Assembly: GCA_964635815.1 (NCBI GenBank)
Contig: CAZWQH010000004.1
Coordinates: forward strand, 1-36,730
Direction: 5' to 3'
From: an uncultured Sandaracinaceae bacterium
GTDB taxonomy: Bacteria > Myxococcota_A > Polyangia > Polyangiales > JADJQN01
DNA: 36,730 bases
The position numbers were made by a program, and so were the translations under genes. Shown here piece by piece: positions 36,028 to 36,730 of the stretch (within the stretch, counting starts at the first letter, position 1; each line of letters opens with the position of its first letter). A model generated the notes under the pieces. It did no database searches. It was not told the DNA's origin and was given only the letters and a program-made list of their open reading frames with translations.

Positions 36028-36198
36028 AGCGAGGCTCTAATACCGGGGGTCCTCTTCGGGTCAAGCCAATCGCCCCGGTCCTGGTAAGCCGGCGCGGCGT
36101 TTTGCCACTTTGTACGAGGCGCTCATCTTATCGACCAACTCGCCGGACGCGTGTGTGAACTCACGCGACGGACGACTTCCGCGAGCGTCGTTCAGGAG

Positions 36199-36730
36199 AT
36201 GGAACCTCGAACAAAACGCACTCAGCACGCTCGCGTCTGGGCTCTTCTGCTCACAAGTCTTTGGGCCACGGTATGCGGCACCGTCGGTTGCGCGCGGCGC
36301 GGCGTTCTTGCGACGCCCGCGACCGCCGAACAGATCGCCACTGCGTTTCCACCCAGCCGCGTCATGTACCTCGCGAACACCGCGCCGGAAGTAGCCCGAG
36401 CGGCGGTCGTCCGCGCACTGGTAGCGAGAAACTTTACCGCGGAAGAAGCCGTTGGCACGTACCTTACCGCGCGCTACTCGCGCGGTCGCACCATGATGCG
36501 GATCCGCATCGACGTTACCCAGGCAGACGCGCTGATTACGTACTTGGAAAGCGACGGGCTGGACATCCCGATTGAAGGAACCCAGCGCCAGTACCAGCGG
36601 TGGACGAGCGAGCTTGCGAACCAAATCCGCGAAGAGCTTGCACGCCCAGAGCGCGAAGCGCAGCAAGCTGCCGAGCGAGTGGCCAACCAGGCTCGCGAGG
36701 AGCGCGAGCGAGCTGCGCAACGCGAGGTCC
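36199..36730 (+). CDS. Lipoprotein, partial (runs off the right edge); not in the supplied ORF track
   Basis: Manual translation: MEPRTKRTQHARVWALLLTSLWATVCGTVGC-ARRG...AVVRALVARNF...LITYLESDGL...QYQRWTSELANQI followed by a coiled-coil; no stop before the edge. Confidence 0.7.
   Translation, partial: MEPRTKRTQHARVWALLLTSLWATVCGTVGCARRGVLATPATAEQIATAFPPSRVMYLANTAPEVARAAVVRALVARNFTAEEAVGTYLTARYSRGRTMMRIRIDVTQADALITYLESDGLDIPIEGTQRQYQRWTSELANQIREELARPEREAQQAAERVANQAREERERAAQREV

Noticed and set aside
36061-36720. 219-aa minus-strand ORF upstream of cyoE
   Set aside because: Antisense to a more credible plus-strand lipoprotein ORF starting at 36199.

Overview
High-GC (roughly 60-65%) bacterial chromosomal segment whose gene content points to Myxococcota, probably a Polyangia/Sandaracinaceae-like lineage. 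The indicators are an AgmX/GltJ-like gliding protein, a MshEN-REC-TPR regulator, an FHA-sigma54 activator next to a Ser/Thr kinase, and many Cys-rich lipoproteins. About 33 genes are present. Core genes: comM-recA (coupled), lgt, era-der, an aspartate aminotransferase, pal-cpoB, an SCO protein, cyoE, a biotin carrier and an NtrC-type regulator. Interspersed are about 14 predicted lipoproteins. No rRNA, tRNA, CRISPR array or mobile element was seen. Most notable: (1) a putative lgt operon carrying two tandem pairs of a 'TPR + hydrophobic helices + C-terminal beta-hairpin-Phe' protein and a lipoprotein with a shared C-x2-V-x-[SG]-[FV]-D N-terminal motif; (2) a lipoprotein / non-RD Ser/Thr kinase / FHA-sigma54 activator cassette flanked by sigma54-promoter-bearing lipoprotein genes; (3) a multi-hairpin candidate ncRNA upstream of comM-recA; (4) a single-base frameshift splitting the AgmX/GltJ-like gene; (5) a 3x36-bp tandem repeat inside a signal-peptide region. 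All family assignments come from motif reading only; no database searches were run.
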